From the NCBI GenBank assembly GCA_965215335.1, contig CBDCDA010000001.1, positions 1,888,001 to 1,952,000 on the forward strand: DNA of 64,000 bases, written 5' to 3'. The notes below the pieces were generated by a model. The model had not been told where the DNA came from. It saw nothing but the letters and a program-made list of their open reading frames with translations, and did not search any database. This DNA is from an uncultured Candidatus Entotheonella sp. (lineage in GTDB: Bacteria > Tectomicrobia > Entotheonellia > Entotheonellales > Entotheonellaceae). Position numbers and translations under genes: made by a program. Of the stretch, positions 33,416 to 46,006 are shown piece by piece; within the stretch, counting starts at the first letter, position 1, and each line of letters opens with the position of its first letter.

Positions 33416-35239
33416 TCACGCCACCGGCGCGCAGGCGTCCCGCAGCCAGGCGCGGTGCTCCGCTGCCAGCAGCGGTTCCATCGCTTGCAGGACGCGCTCA
33501 TGATACCGGTCGAGCCAGGCGGCCTCGACGGTGGAAAGCTGTTCCCGGTCGATCAGGCGCCGGTCGAAAGGAATCAGGGTCAGCGACTCGAACCGCAGCC
33601 AGCCCCTGCCGGACGGATGCGGCGGCATGTCGTCATCGGTCACCACGACGTACAGGTTTTCCAGCCGGATGCCGCCCCAGCCTGCCTCGTAATAACCGGG
33701 TTCGTTCGACACCACCATGCCGGGCTTCAACGGCTCGCCGCTGCCGTGCGGCGACAGGCGCTGCGGACCCTCATGGACGTTGAGAAACGCCCCCACGCCG
33801 TGCCCGGTACCGTGCCCGTAGTCCAGGCCGGCGTTCCACATCAGGGAGCGTGCCACCGCATCCAGCGCCGCGCCACTGGTGCCCTCGGGAAACTTCTGCC
33901 TCGCCAACTGGACATGACAGCGCAGGACGAGGGTGTACAGTTGTCGCTGGCGGTCCGTGCACGAGCCGACAACGACCGTGCGCGTGTCGTCCGTCGTCCC
34001 GCCCATGACCTGCGCCCCGGAGTCCACCAGGAACAGGTCTCCGTCGGTGAGGAAAATGTCGTTGCTGGCCTGGCTGTAATGCACAATCGCACCGTTCGCC
34101 CCGGCCGCGGCGATGGTGGTGAAGCTCAGGTCGCTGAACCCCGACTCGCTGGCATACTCCTCGTGCAGCATCTCCGAGTACGCTCGCTCGCTCACACCCT
34201 GGCCGGCGTCGAGAAGCTGCTCAAGGCGGGCCAGACTGCGAATCTTCGCCGCCGCGGCGTGCAGATGCGCCCGCCGCATGCTGGCGATCTCGGCGTCGTT
34301 CTTCGCCGCCTTCATCGCCACCACGGGGTTGCGGTGTTCATGGACGCGCACCGTCTCCGGCAGCAGCAGGCGCGTGCCCATCGTCGTGCCGTCGGGGTCG
34401 AGCCATACCGCCTGACCGGCCGGCATCTCCAGCCGCCGCACCGCCTGAGGGTACGCCTCATAAGCCCGGAAAACGACGTCGGGCGCCAGTTCCTGCCGCA
34501 GCGCCGCGCCGGGCGCGGCGCGGGTGAAGCAGGTGGCACGCTCGTTCTCGACGATCAGGTAGGACTCGAACACCGGATTGTAGGCAATGTCGCTGCCCCG
34601 CAGGTTGGTGAGCCAGGCGATCTCGTCCAGCTTCGTGACGATCAGCGCCGCGGCCCCGGCCTCGGTCATCTGCTGGCGAACGGCCGCCAGCTTGTCGCCG
34701 ACCGGCCGACCCGTCACCTCATCAGGCAAGGCGTAGATCGGCTGCACCGGCGGCGCCGGGCGGTCCTCCCACACCTCGTCGATCAGGTTGACAGCGATCG
34801 GCACCAGGGCCGAACCAGGCGCCGACAGCGCCGCTGCGCAGGACGCATGGGACGCCATGGCGTGCAGAAACGGATCGAACCCGACCCGCAGCGCGCCACG
34901 CTGCCTTTCCATCTCCGCAAGCCAGTCCTTCAGGCTACAGGCATCGGCCAATCCAACCCTGTGGACACGAAACCGACCGGTATCGACTTCCTGTCCGGCC
35001 TGCAGGTGGTAGCGCGAATCCACGAACAGGTGGTTGCCGTACGGCGACAGCAACACGTCTCCCGCCGATCCGGTAAAGCCGCTGATGGCGGCGCGGCGGC
35101 ACTGGTAGGCCGGCACGTATTCGTTCAGGTGGGCATCGGAAGAGGGGACCAGATAGGCGTCGACCTGGTGCTCGCCCAGCCGTCGATAGACTTGCTCGAG
35201 CCGTTGGACGAGACGATCGGAGGCATCGGACATGATCAC
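33416..35239 (-). CDS. Xaa-Pro aminopeptidase (M24B)
   Basis: DAHLNEY, GFTGSAG, DSGAQ..GGTTD, HGTGHGVG..LNVHEGP, SNEPGYY, GIRLEN. Confidence 0.95.
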   Translation of the reverse strand: MIMSDASDRLVQRLEQVYRRLGEHQVDAYLVPSSDAHLNEYVPAYQCRRAAISGFTGSAGDVLLSPYGNHLFVDSRYHLQAGQEVDTGRFRVHRVGLADACSLKDWLAEMERQRGALRVGFDPFLHAMASHASCAAALSAPGSALVPIAVNLIDEVWEDRPAPPVQPIYALPDEVTGRPVGDKLAAVRQQMTEAGAAALIVTKLDEIAWLTNLRGSDIAYNPVFESYLIVENERATCFTRAAPGAALRQELAPDVVFRAYEAYPQAVRRLEMPAGQAVWLDPDGTTMGTRLLLPETVRVHEHRNPVVAMKAAKNDAEIASMRRAHLHAAAAKIRSLARLEQLLDAGQGVSERAYSEMLHEEYASESGFSDLSFTTIAAAGANGAIVHYSQASNDIFLTDGDLFLVDSGAQVMGGTTDDTRTVVVGSCTDRQRQLYTLVLRCHVQLARQKFPEGTSGAALDAVARSLMWNAGLDYGHGTGHGVGAFLNVHEGPQRLSPHGSGEPLKPGMVVSNEPGYYEAGWGGIRLENLYVVVTDDDMPPHPSGRGWLRFESLTLIPFDRRLIDREQLSTVEAAWLDRYHERVLQAMEPLLAAEHRAWLRDACAPVA

Positions 35240-35304
35240 ACCTGCTCCTCTATGAACTGCCGGACTGTGTTACGATGATCAGCCTGGCAGGGCCTCGGGA
35301 CATT

Positions 35305-36249
35305 TTACTGGCTCGACGTTTCCCACATGGTGTCCACGTTGCCGTCGCCGTCGGTGTCGCTCTCGACCTTGTGCGGCTCGTCGCTGCCGGGCTCGAAGTG
35401 CTCCCACTGGTCCGGGCGGCCGTCACCATTCTGATCGTATTCGATACGCGCCACATGCCCGTCGGCGTGGTAGTGGTGCCATTGGTCGGCCTGGCCGTTG
35501 TTGCTGGTGTCAAAGGCGCTGCTGGCGAGCACGCCCGCCTGGTATTCCATCCAGGCGTGCGGCCTGCCGTCCGCATCGAGGTTTTGCAGCACGCGGGCGA
35601 TGCGGCCCTCGCCGTCGTAATGGATGACCTGATCGATCCTGCCGTCGGCGTCCTCGTCGATGTCCACCTGCCCGACCTTGCCGTCCGCGTAGCGGTGCCA
35701 CTGGTCCACCTTGCCGTTGCCGGTGCTGTCGATCTCGATCAGCGACGTGGCGCCCGAGGGCTCGAACGATTGCCACTGCTCGGGCCTGCCGTCGAAATCC
35801 TGGTCCAGGGCGATGCGCGCCACCCTGCCCTGCACGAACGTCTGCCACTGGTCGGGATTGCCGTCGCCGTTGGTGTCCTTTTCGAGCCGTTCAAGATGCT
35901 TGTCGGCGCCGTAGAACAACTGCTGCTCGAACCGGCCGTCACCGTCCTCGTCGCTGGTGACACGCCGCAGGACGCCGGCGGCGTCATAGAATTCGCGCTG
36001 GTCCGCCTTGCCCGATCCGTTGGTATCGAACTCGGCCTGCACCGCCTTGCCGTCCTGGTAGGTCACCCAGTGATCGACGCGCTGGTCGTGGTCACGGTCC
36101 TTCTCCAGACGCCTCAGGGCGTCCGACTCGTAGTATTCCCATTGGTCGATCTGGCCGTCGCCGTTGGTATCGAAACGCTGCACGACTTCCGCCGCGCTTG
36201 CCGGCAGGCACAGCACGGCCAGCCAGACCACCGCCAGCACAACACGCAT
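35305..36249 (-). CDS. secreted repeat protein with 12 DxDxDG-type Ca-binding-like loops
   Basis: Signal peptide (LPASA); about 24-25-aa repeats D-x-[DN]-x-D-G-x-x-D-Q-W-x-x-[YF]. Confidence 0.8.
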   Translation of the reverse strand: MRVVLAVVWLAVLCLPASAAEVVQRFDTNGDGQIDQWEYYESDALRRLEKDRDHDQRVDHWVTYQDGKAVQAEFDTNGSGKADQREFYDAAGVLRRVTSDEDGDGRFEQQLFYGADKHLERLEKDTNGDGNPDQWQTFVQGRVARIALDQDFDGRPEQWQSFEPSGATSLIEIDSTGNGKVDQWHRYADGKVGQVDIDEDADGRIDQVIHYDGEGRIARVLQNLDADGRPHAWMEYQAGVLASSAFDTSNNGQADQWHHYHADGHVARIEYDQNGDGRPDQWEHFEPGSDEPHKVESDTDGDGNVDTMWETSSQ

Positions 36250-36260
36250 GATTGGTCTCC

Positions 36261-37220
36261 TCACCTGTCATCGATCCGATAGGTAATCGGCACTTCCACC
36301 AGGAGCTCGCGACGCCGGACGTCGGAAGGAAACGGCGGCAACTGGCCGACCCGCCTCAGGGCTTGTCGCGCGGCGTCGCCAAACGACTTGTGCCCGGTGA
36401 TCTCGGCGACCTCCGGGTTGAGCACTTCCCCGTCCCGACGCACGGTGAAGCGCAGCACGACCCGGCCGTTCAGCCCGCCGCGTTCGGCGATCCTCGGATA
36501 GCGCTTGTGGCTTTCCAGGCTCTGAAAAACGAAACCCAGGTAAGCCTGGATGGCGTCCTGTTCCTGTTCGGCCTGCGCCTGCAGGAGGGCCGCTGCCGGG
36601 GAGGGTTGGCGCGGCTGCGGCAGGGCCGCCACGCGGGTCGGCACGGGCGCGACGGTTTGCGGCACGGCCGCCGTCTGGCGGCGCGGCGCCTGATGGCCTG
36701 TCGTCCGGGTGGCGGTGCGCGACCGTGGCCGCGGCGCCGCGCGGCGCCGCGGTGCTGGCTTGATGACCACCGGCGGTGGCGGCGGTTCGACCGGCGCCAC
36801 CGCCGGGCGCGGCGGATGCCGCCGCGCGACGACGCGTTCGCGCGGCGCGATGGTGCGGTGTTTTCGCTGTTCGGGCGGCCTGGGAACGACGGGCTTCACC
36901 GGCGCCGGCGCCAGTTGCGGCTTCACGACGCGCTCGGGTCGCGTTTCCACCCGCTCAATCGGCTTGGGGGTTCGCAGGTCCGCCACGGGTTCGAGCGGCG
37001 CCGGTTCGATGGGGACCGGGTCAGCGACGGCGACCTGCGTCAGCATGGGAACGGACGTCGGCACCGGCTTGGCGAAGCGCACGACGTAGCGCGTCAGGCG
37101 GAAAACATCGGGGGGGCGATTGAACCAGGGAAGGTTCGGCAAGCCGGTAATGGCCAGGCCATGCAGGAGGGTCGAAACCCCGAGCATCAGCAACAACGGC
37201 AGCCGGCCCGCATCGATCAT
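36261..37220 (-). CDS. tonB: energy transducer TonB
   Basis: N-terminal TM with SxxxH, Pro-rich linker, C-terminal YPRIAERGGLNGRVVLRFTV domain. Confidence 0.9.
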   Translation of the reverse strand: MIDAGRLPLLLMLGVSTLLHGLAITGLPNLPWFNRPPDVFRLTRYVVRFAKPVPTSVPMLTQVAVADPVPIEPAPLEPVADLRTPKPIERVETRPERVVKPQLAPAPVKPVVPRPPEQRKHRTIAPRERVVARRHPPRPAVAPVEPPPPPVVIKPAPRRRAAPRPRSRTATRTTGHQAPRRQTAAVPQTVAPVPTRVAALPQPRQPSPAAALLQAQAEQEQDAIQAYLGFVFQSLESHKRYPRIAERGGLNGRVVLRFTVRRDGEVLNPEVAEITGHKSFGDAARQALRRVGQLPPFPSDVRRRELLVEVPITYRIDDR

Positions 37221-37645
37221 AAGCCAGCCTCCCTCCCCCGCTGCGTTTCGATGGTGAGCTGGACGGCGCCCGCCCCTTTGACGGCGTCCATGACGCTGAC
37301 GAAGTAGCGGAAGGCGCTCTGCTCGTCGGCGCGCACCATCACCGGCACTTCCGGGTCGGCGGCGACCGCCGCCTCGATGCGGCCTTGCAGTTGCTCCAGC
37401 GGCACAAATTGCTTGTTGATGAACACGTCGCCGTCGCTGCTGACGGAAATGGTGAGAAGGTCGTTCTGCGGCGGGTCGGATTCGCTGTGCGCCGCATCCG
37501 GCAGATCGACCTCCAGCGTCGGCTGAACGAACACCGAGGCCAGCAGGAAGAAGATCAGCAGCAGCAGCATCACGTCGAGCAGCGGCATGAGGCTCGGCCC
37601 GGACGCCCCGCCGCGCCGGGCTTGCTCCTCGCTGAGGTTAAGCAT
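37217..37645 (-). CDS. exbD: ExbD/TolR biopolymer transport protein
   Basis: MPLLDVMLLLLIFFLL, VDLP, VRADE. Confidence 0.92.
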   Translation of the reverse strand: MLNLSEEQARRGGASGPSLMPLLDVMLLLLIFFLLASVFVQPTLEVDLPDAAHSESDPPQNDLLTISVSSDGDVFINKQFVPLEQLQGRIEAAVAADPEVPVMVRADEQSAFRYFVSVMDAVKGAGAVQLTIETQRGREAGL

Positions 37646-38309
37646 CGATGGTCTCCGGCTCCGGGCGGCCCGTCAACAGGCGGATGAGCGCGGCGCTGAA
37701 ATAATCCATTTCGAAGGCGCAGCGCTTGACGCGCTGATCCAGGGCGTAGTGGAAGATCACCGCCGGAATGGCCACGCTGAGGCCGGCGCCGGTGGTCAGC
37801 AACGCCTCCCATATGCCGTTGGCGAGCATGCTCGGATTCACCGCTCCCTGCGCCGCTGCCACCTGCTGGAAAGCCTTGATCATGCCGATCACGGTGCCCA
37901 GCAGGCCGAGGAGGGGCGCCAGCCCGGCGAGCAGGCTGAGCGCCGGTAGGCGCTGGTTGAGCAGGCGCAATTCCCGCCTCGCCTCCATCAGGGCCGCCTC
38001 TTCCAGGTCGGCCTTGTCCCGCGACTGCGATTCCAGCACGGCCCGCAGCACCGCGGCCAGGGGGCCGCGGAAGAAGCGCAGATGGGCGTAGGCGCCGGCC
38101 AGGTCATCGCGGGCGATCATGCCCTCGATCGGACCGAACAGCACTTCGGTATTGGTGCGGGCGCGCCGGATACGCACCCACCGTTCGAGGGTGATCGACA
38201 GCACCAGCACCGAGCACAGCAGCAGCAGGTACATCAGACCGCCGCCCTTGTCGAGAAAGGCCCAGCCGGCCTGCCAGTCGATGTCCTGCCAGATTGCCGT
38301 CCAAGACAT
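37638..38309 (-). CDS. exbB: ExbB/TolQ/MotA proton channel protein
   Basis: APLLGLLGTVIGMIKAF, GIWEALLTTGAGLSVAIPA. Confidence 0.93.
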   Translation of the reverse strand: MSWTAIWQDIDWQAGWAFLDKGGGLMYLLLLCSVLVLSITLERWVRIRRARTNTEVLFGPIEGMIARDDLAGAYAHLRFFRGPLAAVLRAVLESQSRDKADLEEAALMEARRELRLLNQRLPALSLLAGLAPLLGLLGTVIGMIKAFQQVAAAQGAVNPSMLANGIWEALLTTGAGLSVAIPAVIFHYALDQRVKRCAFEMDYFSAALIRLLTGRPEPETIDA

Positions 38310-38346
38310 GGTGTAGTCCCCTGTGCGGGAAGGTAAAGGCGGGCGT

Positions 38347-41030
<2,684 letters not shown>

Positions 41031-41255
41031 TTAGCTTTCTCCCTGTAACCTTGCACACGCCAGCCGGTGGCCACCGGCGCGCCGGATGGCGTTATGCTAT
41101 CGTGGCACCCTTTCAGTGTGGCGGATGACTTCCTCGGATTGCCGGGTAGCGCCTGAACAGAGGCCAAAACCAGCGGCGCCTTTCCGAAACGATCACCGAT
41201 ATGAAGCTGTATAGTATACCGCATCTTGCCAACGGATGACAGAAGGAGACCAACC

Positions 41256-42017
41256 GTGACCATACGCCCGAATCGGGTGAAAGATCGACTACGCCAGGGC
41301 CGGCACGCCCTGTGCTTCGCGGCCTGGGGATACAGCGGCGCCGACCACCTGGAGCGCCTGGCGCCGGCGCGACCGGACGGCGTCTGGCTGGAAGGCGAGC
41401 ATGGGGACGTGGGCTTCTCCGACCTCGCCAACCTGACGCGCGCCATCGACCTGATCGGCGCGACGCCCATCATCCGCGTGCACCAGAACGAGGCGGGCGT
41501 GATCTACCGCTGCCTCGACCTCGGCGCCATGGGCATCGTGGTGCCGCACGTCAACAGCCGCGCCGAGGCGGAGGCGGTCGTGCAGGCGGGCAAGTTCTGG
41601 CCCCTCGGGAAGCGCGGCTCCTATACCAGCCGGCAGGGCATCGGGGTGCCGGATTACCACAATCTGGCAAATGACCAGACCCTGCTGATGGTGCTGATCG
41701 AGGACGTAATCGCGGTGGAAAACCTGGACGCGATTCTCGACGTGGCGCACATCGACGTGTTCTTCGTGGCCCCCGGCGACCTGGCGCAGACCATGGGCCT
41801 GCCGGGCCTGGCCGGCGACCCGCGCGTGCAGAAGGTGGTGGACGAAACGCTGGCCCGCGTCGTCAAACGCGGCAGAACCGCCGGCGCCCTGGTGACCCCG
41901 GCCAGCGCCGCGCCTCTGTACGACCTGGGGGTGCGCTTCTTCATGTCCGGCCCCGCCACGTGGATCGAGGCTGGTTTCAAGCAACTCGACCAGGTTGCCG
42001 CAGGAGGTGGGTCATGA
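41256..42017 (+). CDS. HpcH/HpaI aldolase family protein
   Basis: WLEGEHG, LDLGAMGIVVPHV, IED, FVAPGDL. Confidence 0.9.
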   Translation: MTIRPNRVKDRLRQGRHALCFAAWGYSGADHLERLAPARPDGVWLEGEHGDVGFSDLANLTRAIDLIGATPIIRVHQNEAGVIYRCLDLGAMGIVVPHVNSRAEAEAVVQAGKFWPLGKRGSYTSRQGIGVPDYHNLANDQTLLMVLIEDVIAVENLDAILDVAHIDVFFVAPGDLAQTMGLPGLAGDPRVQKVVDETLARVVKRGRTAGALVTPASAAPLYDLGVRFFMSGPATWIEAGFKQLDQVAAGGGS

Positions 42018-42790
42018 CACCAATCAGACCGAACCGCGCCAAACGGCGGCTGGCCGCCGGCCAGCACGTCGTCGCCATCGAGGGGCTGAACCACCCGGAC
42101 GCCATCGAGCGCCTGGCGCCGCTGCGGCCCCAGGCGTTCTGGCTGGAGGGCGAGCACTGGAGCGCCGCGCCGACCAACATCGGCGACCTGACGCGCGCCT
42201 GTGACGTGTCGGGCAGTACCTCCATCGTGCGCGTCGGCCGCGCTGACAAGCAACTCATCTATCACGCCCTCGACCTCGGCGCGCAGGGCGTCGCCGTGCC
42301 GCACGTCTCCACCGCCGAGGACGCCGCCCGCGTGGTCGATGCCGCCAAGTTCGCGCCCATCGGCCACCGCGGCATTTACGTCAGCCGCCAGGGCATCGAC
42401 GTGCCGGATTACTTCCAGCGGGCAAACGACGAAACACTGGTGGTCGTGTTCATCGAGGACGCCGAGGCGCTGGACAACCTCGACGCCATCCTGGAGGTGG
42501 ATCACATCGACGTGTTCTTCGTGGGGCCGGGCGACCTGTCGCAGGCCCTCGGGCATGTCGGCGAGTTCATGCACCCGGCGGTCACTAGGGTGGTGGACGA
42601 CACCATCCGGCGCATCATCGACCGCGGCCGCACGGCGGGCACGGTGGGATTCCGGGACAACATGGCGCACGTCGCCGCGGTCGGGTCCAAGTTCTTCCTG
42701 TGCGGGGCGACGTCGTGGATCCTGCAGGGGTTCAACGACCTGCGGGAAACGCTGGAGGGGATCGAGCGCCAGGCCGCCGGGTCCAAGTGA
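42014..42790 (+). CDS. HpcH/HpaI aldolase family protein (tandem paralog)
   Basis: WLEGEH, LDLGAQGVAVPHV, IED, FVGPGDL; 4-bp overlap with the upstream paralog. Confidence 0.9.
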   Translation: MTPIRPNRAKRRLAAGQHVVAIEGLNHPDAIERLAPLRPQAFWLEGEHWSAAPTNIGDLTRACDVSGSTSIVRVGRADKQLIYHALDLGAQGVAVPHVSTAEDAARVVDAAKFAPIGHRGIYVSRQGIDVPDYFQRANDETLVVVFIEDAEALDNLDAILEVDHIDVFFVGPGDLSQALGHVGEFMHPAVTRVVDDTIRRIIDRGRTAGTVGFRDNMAHVAAVGSKFFLCGATSWILQGFNDLRETLEGIERQAAGSK

Positions 42791-42885
42791 GTACCAGCTG
42801 GGGCTGGCACTGAGGCGGGTGGAGGCAAGGCGCGTTTCAACGAGTCGGCAGTGGGGTCATCTCCCTGGTGGGCACGAGGCGTTTT

Positions 42886-43371
42886 TCAACTGACGATCTG
42901 CCATTGGCCGTCGGGCTGGCGACAGGCGCGTCCGTAGGCCGTTTCCATTTGGCCGCCGACGGTGATGGTCTGCTGGAATTCACGGCAGTAGGTACCGTCG
43001 GCCTGCTGGACGGCAGGCCGCGGGACGATACTCCCGGAATTGCCGCTGTCCGGGTTCTGCCACGTGCTGCGGGTGCCGGACGGCGTGGTTTCCAGGGCTT
43101 GTTGTTGCGTCTGGCGCATGTAGGCGAGATCGGCGCGGTCAAGAGATTTGCCGACCTCGCTGCCGAGCAGCGAGCCGATCAGGGTGCCGGCAGCGATGGC
43201 CACCAGTTGGCCGCGCCCGTCGCCGATGGCCGAGCCGGCGACCGCGCCGAGGCCGGCTCCCAGGACGGTGCCGACCTGCTGCTTGGGGCCGCCTTCACAG
43301 CCGCCGAGCAACAAGGCACCGGCAAGTACGGAGACCAGCAGGCAGGCGAGAGGTTTGCGGGTATGTTGCAT
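42886..43371 (-). CDS. 17-kDa-antigen-like (RT0821/Lpp0805) glycine-zipper lipoprotein
   Basis: Lipobox LGGC, glycine zipper, WQNPDSG, CREFQQTITVGG, ACRQPDGQW. Confidence 0.9.
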   Translation of the reverse strand: MQHTRKPLACLLVSVLAGALLLGGCEGGPKQQVGTVLGAGLGAVAGSAIGDGRGQLVAIAAGTLIGSLLGSEVGKSLDRADLAYMRQTQQQALETTPSGTRSTWQNPDSGNSGSIVPRPAVQQADGTYCREFQQTITVGGQMETAYGRACRQPDGQWQIVS

Positions 43372-43525
43372 GGCGATTCCTTTCCGAACGGGATTGACGA
43401 CGTTGTCCGGCCGGGTTCCCGGCCCGCGCGGGCGGGCGCGAGGCCGGACCTGCTGGCCAAGCCAGGCCATTGTAGCCGATTTTGGCTTCTGACAGAACGG
43501 GAGAGGATGTTTGGGCACCCCTTGA

Positions 43526-44485
43526 TCAGGCCAGCCTGGCGGCAACGCGGTCGGCCAGCATGCGGATAAAGGCGGGGTGGCTGTGCACCGACTCGGCGCG
43601 CACGAAGCGGACGCCGTGCGCGGCGGCGCAGCGGCGGCCCTCGACGCCGAGGTCGTACAGCACCTCGATGTTGTCGCACAGAAAACCGATGGCCTGGCTG
43701 ATGATGGCGGATTTGCCGGCAGCGGCGTAGGCGGCGATGACGTCCTCCACTACCGGCTGCGTCCAGGGCACGGTCGAATCGCCGGACCGGGACTGGTAGG
43801 CAACGCGATAATCGGGCCCGCCAAGCCGCGCGGCGACCAGGGCGGCGGTCTCTTCGATTTGCTGGCAGTAAGGAGCGGTCCGCGACAACGACTCGGGCAC
43901 GGCGTGCGCGGTGAGCAGGAGTGCCGTGCCCGGGGCGCACAATTCGATCCCTTCGCGCCGGCTCGCCTCGCTGATGCGGTCGGCAATCGCCTCGGCAAAC
44001 CCGGCTTCATTCCACCACGGCTCGATCACCCCGGCCACCTTCGGGGCGCCCGCCCCCGCCTGCTCGATGCCCTCCCCGACGATCCGCAGGTACAGGTCCC
44101 AGCTCACCGACGACTGGTGCGGCGCCATGACGAGCACCAGCATCTCGCGCACGCCCGCCGCTTTCATCTCGGCAACGACGTCGCGCACGTAGGGCCGCCA
44201 GTGGTGATAGCCGCACCAGACCGGCACGTCGAGACCGCGTGAGCCCAGCTCCGCGGCCAGCGCCCCGGCCTGCTTGCGGGTGTAGGCATTGAACTCGGAA
44301 AAGCCGCCGAATTCGTCATAGTGGGCGGCCACCTCAGCGATGCGGCGGCGACGCGCCGGGTTGTGGCCGAGGATGCCGGAGACGAAGCAGTGCGCCTCGC
44401 CCGGGCATGGCGTGAAGCGTGCGCAGCAGCCGGGCGTCGGGCCGCCGAACGCCACCATCAGGAGGGCAGGGATCGGGCAGTTCAT
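43526..44485 (-). CDS. hemH: ferrochelatase (HemH/CpfC type)
   Basis: AFGGP, MAPHQS, TAHAVP, YQSRSG..PWTQP, GFLCDNIEVLYDL. Confidence 0.88.
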   Translation of the reverse strand: MNCPIPALLMVAFGGPTPGCCARFTPCPGEAHCFVSGILGHNPARRRRIAEVAAHYDEFGGFSEFNAYTRKQAGALAAELGSRGLDVPVWCGYHHWRPYVRDVVAEMKAAGVREMLVLVMAPHQSSVSWDLYLRIVGEGIEQAGAGAPKVAGVIEPWWNEAGFAEAIADRISEASRREGIELCAPGTALLLTAHAVPESLSRTAPYCQQIEETAALVAARLGGPDYRVAYQSRSGDSTVPWTQPVVEDVIAAYAAAGKSAIISQAIGFLCDNIEVLYDLGVEGRRCAAAHGVRFVRAESVHSHPAFIRMLADRVAARLA

Positions 44486-45324
44486 GGCGTATCGCTCACG
44501 GCGCCAAGGGCGACGTGAATTTTCAGACCCTGTCGCAGGTCGGCGTATGTCGGCTGCGCAGCCTCGGCACCGGCGGTGGCCGGGGCAACCCCGGGCAGCA
44601 TGGCCGCGGTGCGCTCGCCGCTGATCTTGTCGAGCACGCCCCACCAGAACTGTTCGCGCGCCTTGAGGCTCAGCAGGGCGCCGCGGCGAATCTGCCGGCG
44701 TGCTTCCGGCGTATCGCAAAACGCCACCAGCGCCTCTTCCAGCCACGCCCCGTGATCCGCGTCCTGATCCAGGTGCAGCGCCCAGTACGTCACCTCGCCG
44801 GCAGCGAAGCCGGCCTTGCGCAGGCCGGTCATGACGTGCTCGAACATGGCGGGAATCGACCACTCATGGCCCGGCCCGACGGCGCCGAGGCCGACCAGGA
44901 AGGGTTCCTGCGTGCAGATACGGTAGTGCTCGCGGATGAAGCCGACCACCTCGGGATGCAGCGGATAGCTCGCCTCGCTGCCTGGCGCAATGCCGGCGGC
45001 GTGCATGAAGGCCCGGTAGGAGGCGGCATGATCGTCGCCGCGCGACCGCTCGCCGTATTCGTCCACCAGTACCTTGGCGAGCCAGCGCTTGGCTGCGCTG
45101 TCCGGTGCCCGCAGCAGCAGGAGTTCCATGTAGGTCGTGAAATTGACGACCAGGGGGTAGTGTTGCGAGGCCAGGATCCTGAAGTCGTGGCGGCTGCGCG
45201 GGTCCGTCAGCATGCGGCCGAGCAGCGAGTGCCCGACGCCGGGATGGCACTGGATTTCCTCGCGCAACGACCTGAGAAAGCCGCGCGCCGATCGGGTTTC
45301 CTGGTGTACCACTGTCGCTGCCAT
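44482..45324 (-). CDS. heme-oxygenase-like diiron oxidase (HDO; PqqC/CADD/UndA superfamily)
   Basis: LVDEYG...DDH, GHEWSIP and YWALHLDQDADH diiron ligand pattern. Confidence 0.8.
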   Translation of the reverse strand: MAATVVHQETRSARGFLRSLREEIQCHPGVGHSLLGRMLTDPRSRHDFRILASQHYPLVVNFTTYMELLLLRAPDSAAKRWLAKVLVDEYGERSRGDDHAASYRAFMHAAGIAPGSEASYPLHPEVVGFIREHYRICTQEPFLVGLGAVGPGHEWSIPAMFEHVMTGLRKAGFAAGEVTYWALHLDQDADHGAWLEEALVAFCDTPEARRQIRRGALLSLKAREQFWWGVLDKISGERTAAMLPGVAPATAGAEAAQPTYADLRQGLKIHVALGAVSDTP

Positions 45325-45492
45325 GCCTGCCCCCGCCGCGAATGCCGTTTTGTATGAAAACACCGCCGGAGGGGGTTGGCAGTCCCGCTCGGCGGCGCGG
45401 CCTATTACGATAAAGGATTGCCCCCGTGGGGGCAACGCCAGAGCCTCCGTCAGCAACGCCGTTGACTTCGGGCGGGCAGGTTTCCGTCACCA

Positions 45493-45786
45493 TGCAGATA
45501 TGGAATTTCCGACGCCGACAGCACCCTCGATCTCGCCGACCTGCTGCTGGGCACCGATCTCACGCCCATGTTGTCGCGCATCACCACCCCCACCCTGATC
45601 CTGGCGCCGGACGCCAGCCCGTTCATCTCGCTGGAAATTTTCCTCGACATGCACCATCACATTCCACACAGTGAATTGCAGGTCTTCGCCGACGCCCGCC
45701 AAGGCCTGGTCTGCTCGCACGGCGCCGCCTGTGCCCAAACCCTCGAACAACTCCTCGCCCGGCGGCGCCTGCGGGCCGCTGGCTAG
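45493..45786 (+). pseudogene. C-terminal remnant of an alpha/beta hydrolase
   Basis: DLTPMLSRITTPTLILAPDASPF...IPHSELQVFADARQG (catalytic His position reads Q); no N-terminal part. Confidence 0.65.
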
Positions 45787-46006
45787 CGCATTTACGTATC
45801 GCCTTGTGTCGTTTGCGCGGCGATGGCCTCCCCCTCGCCGGCTCGCCTGCGCCCTTGTTTCGCCGACTCTCCCGCAAGGGAGTGTGACGAACGGCGACAG
45901 GGCGTTTGACAGCGTTGCGGTAGCCGTGGCACGGTGTGTCGTTTCTTCAAGGTATGGTGTCTGCCTCATGCGGCTTGAGGAGCGCGTTCCACATGCCTGA
46001 CCGAAC

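Noticed and set aside
41031..41255. Cobalamin or other riboswitch upstream of the TonB-dependent receptor
   Set aside because: No B12-box, TPP or FMN consensus was recognised on the minus strand.
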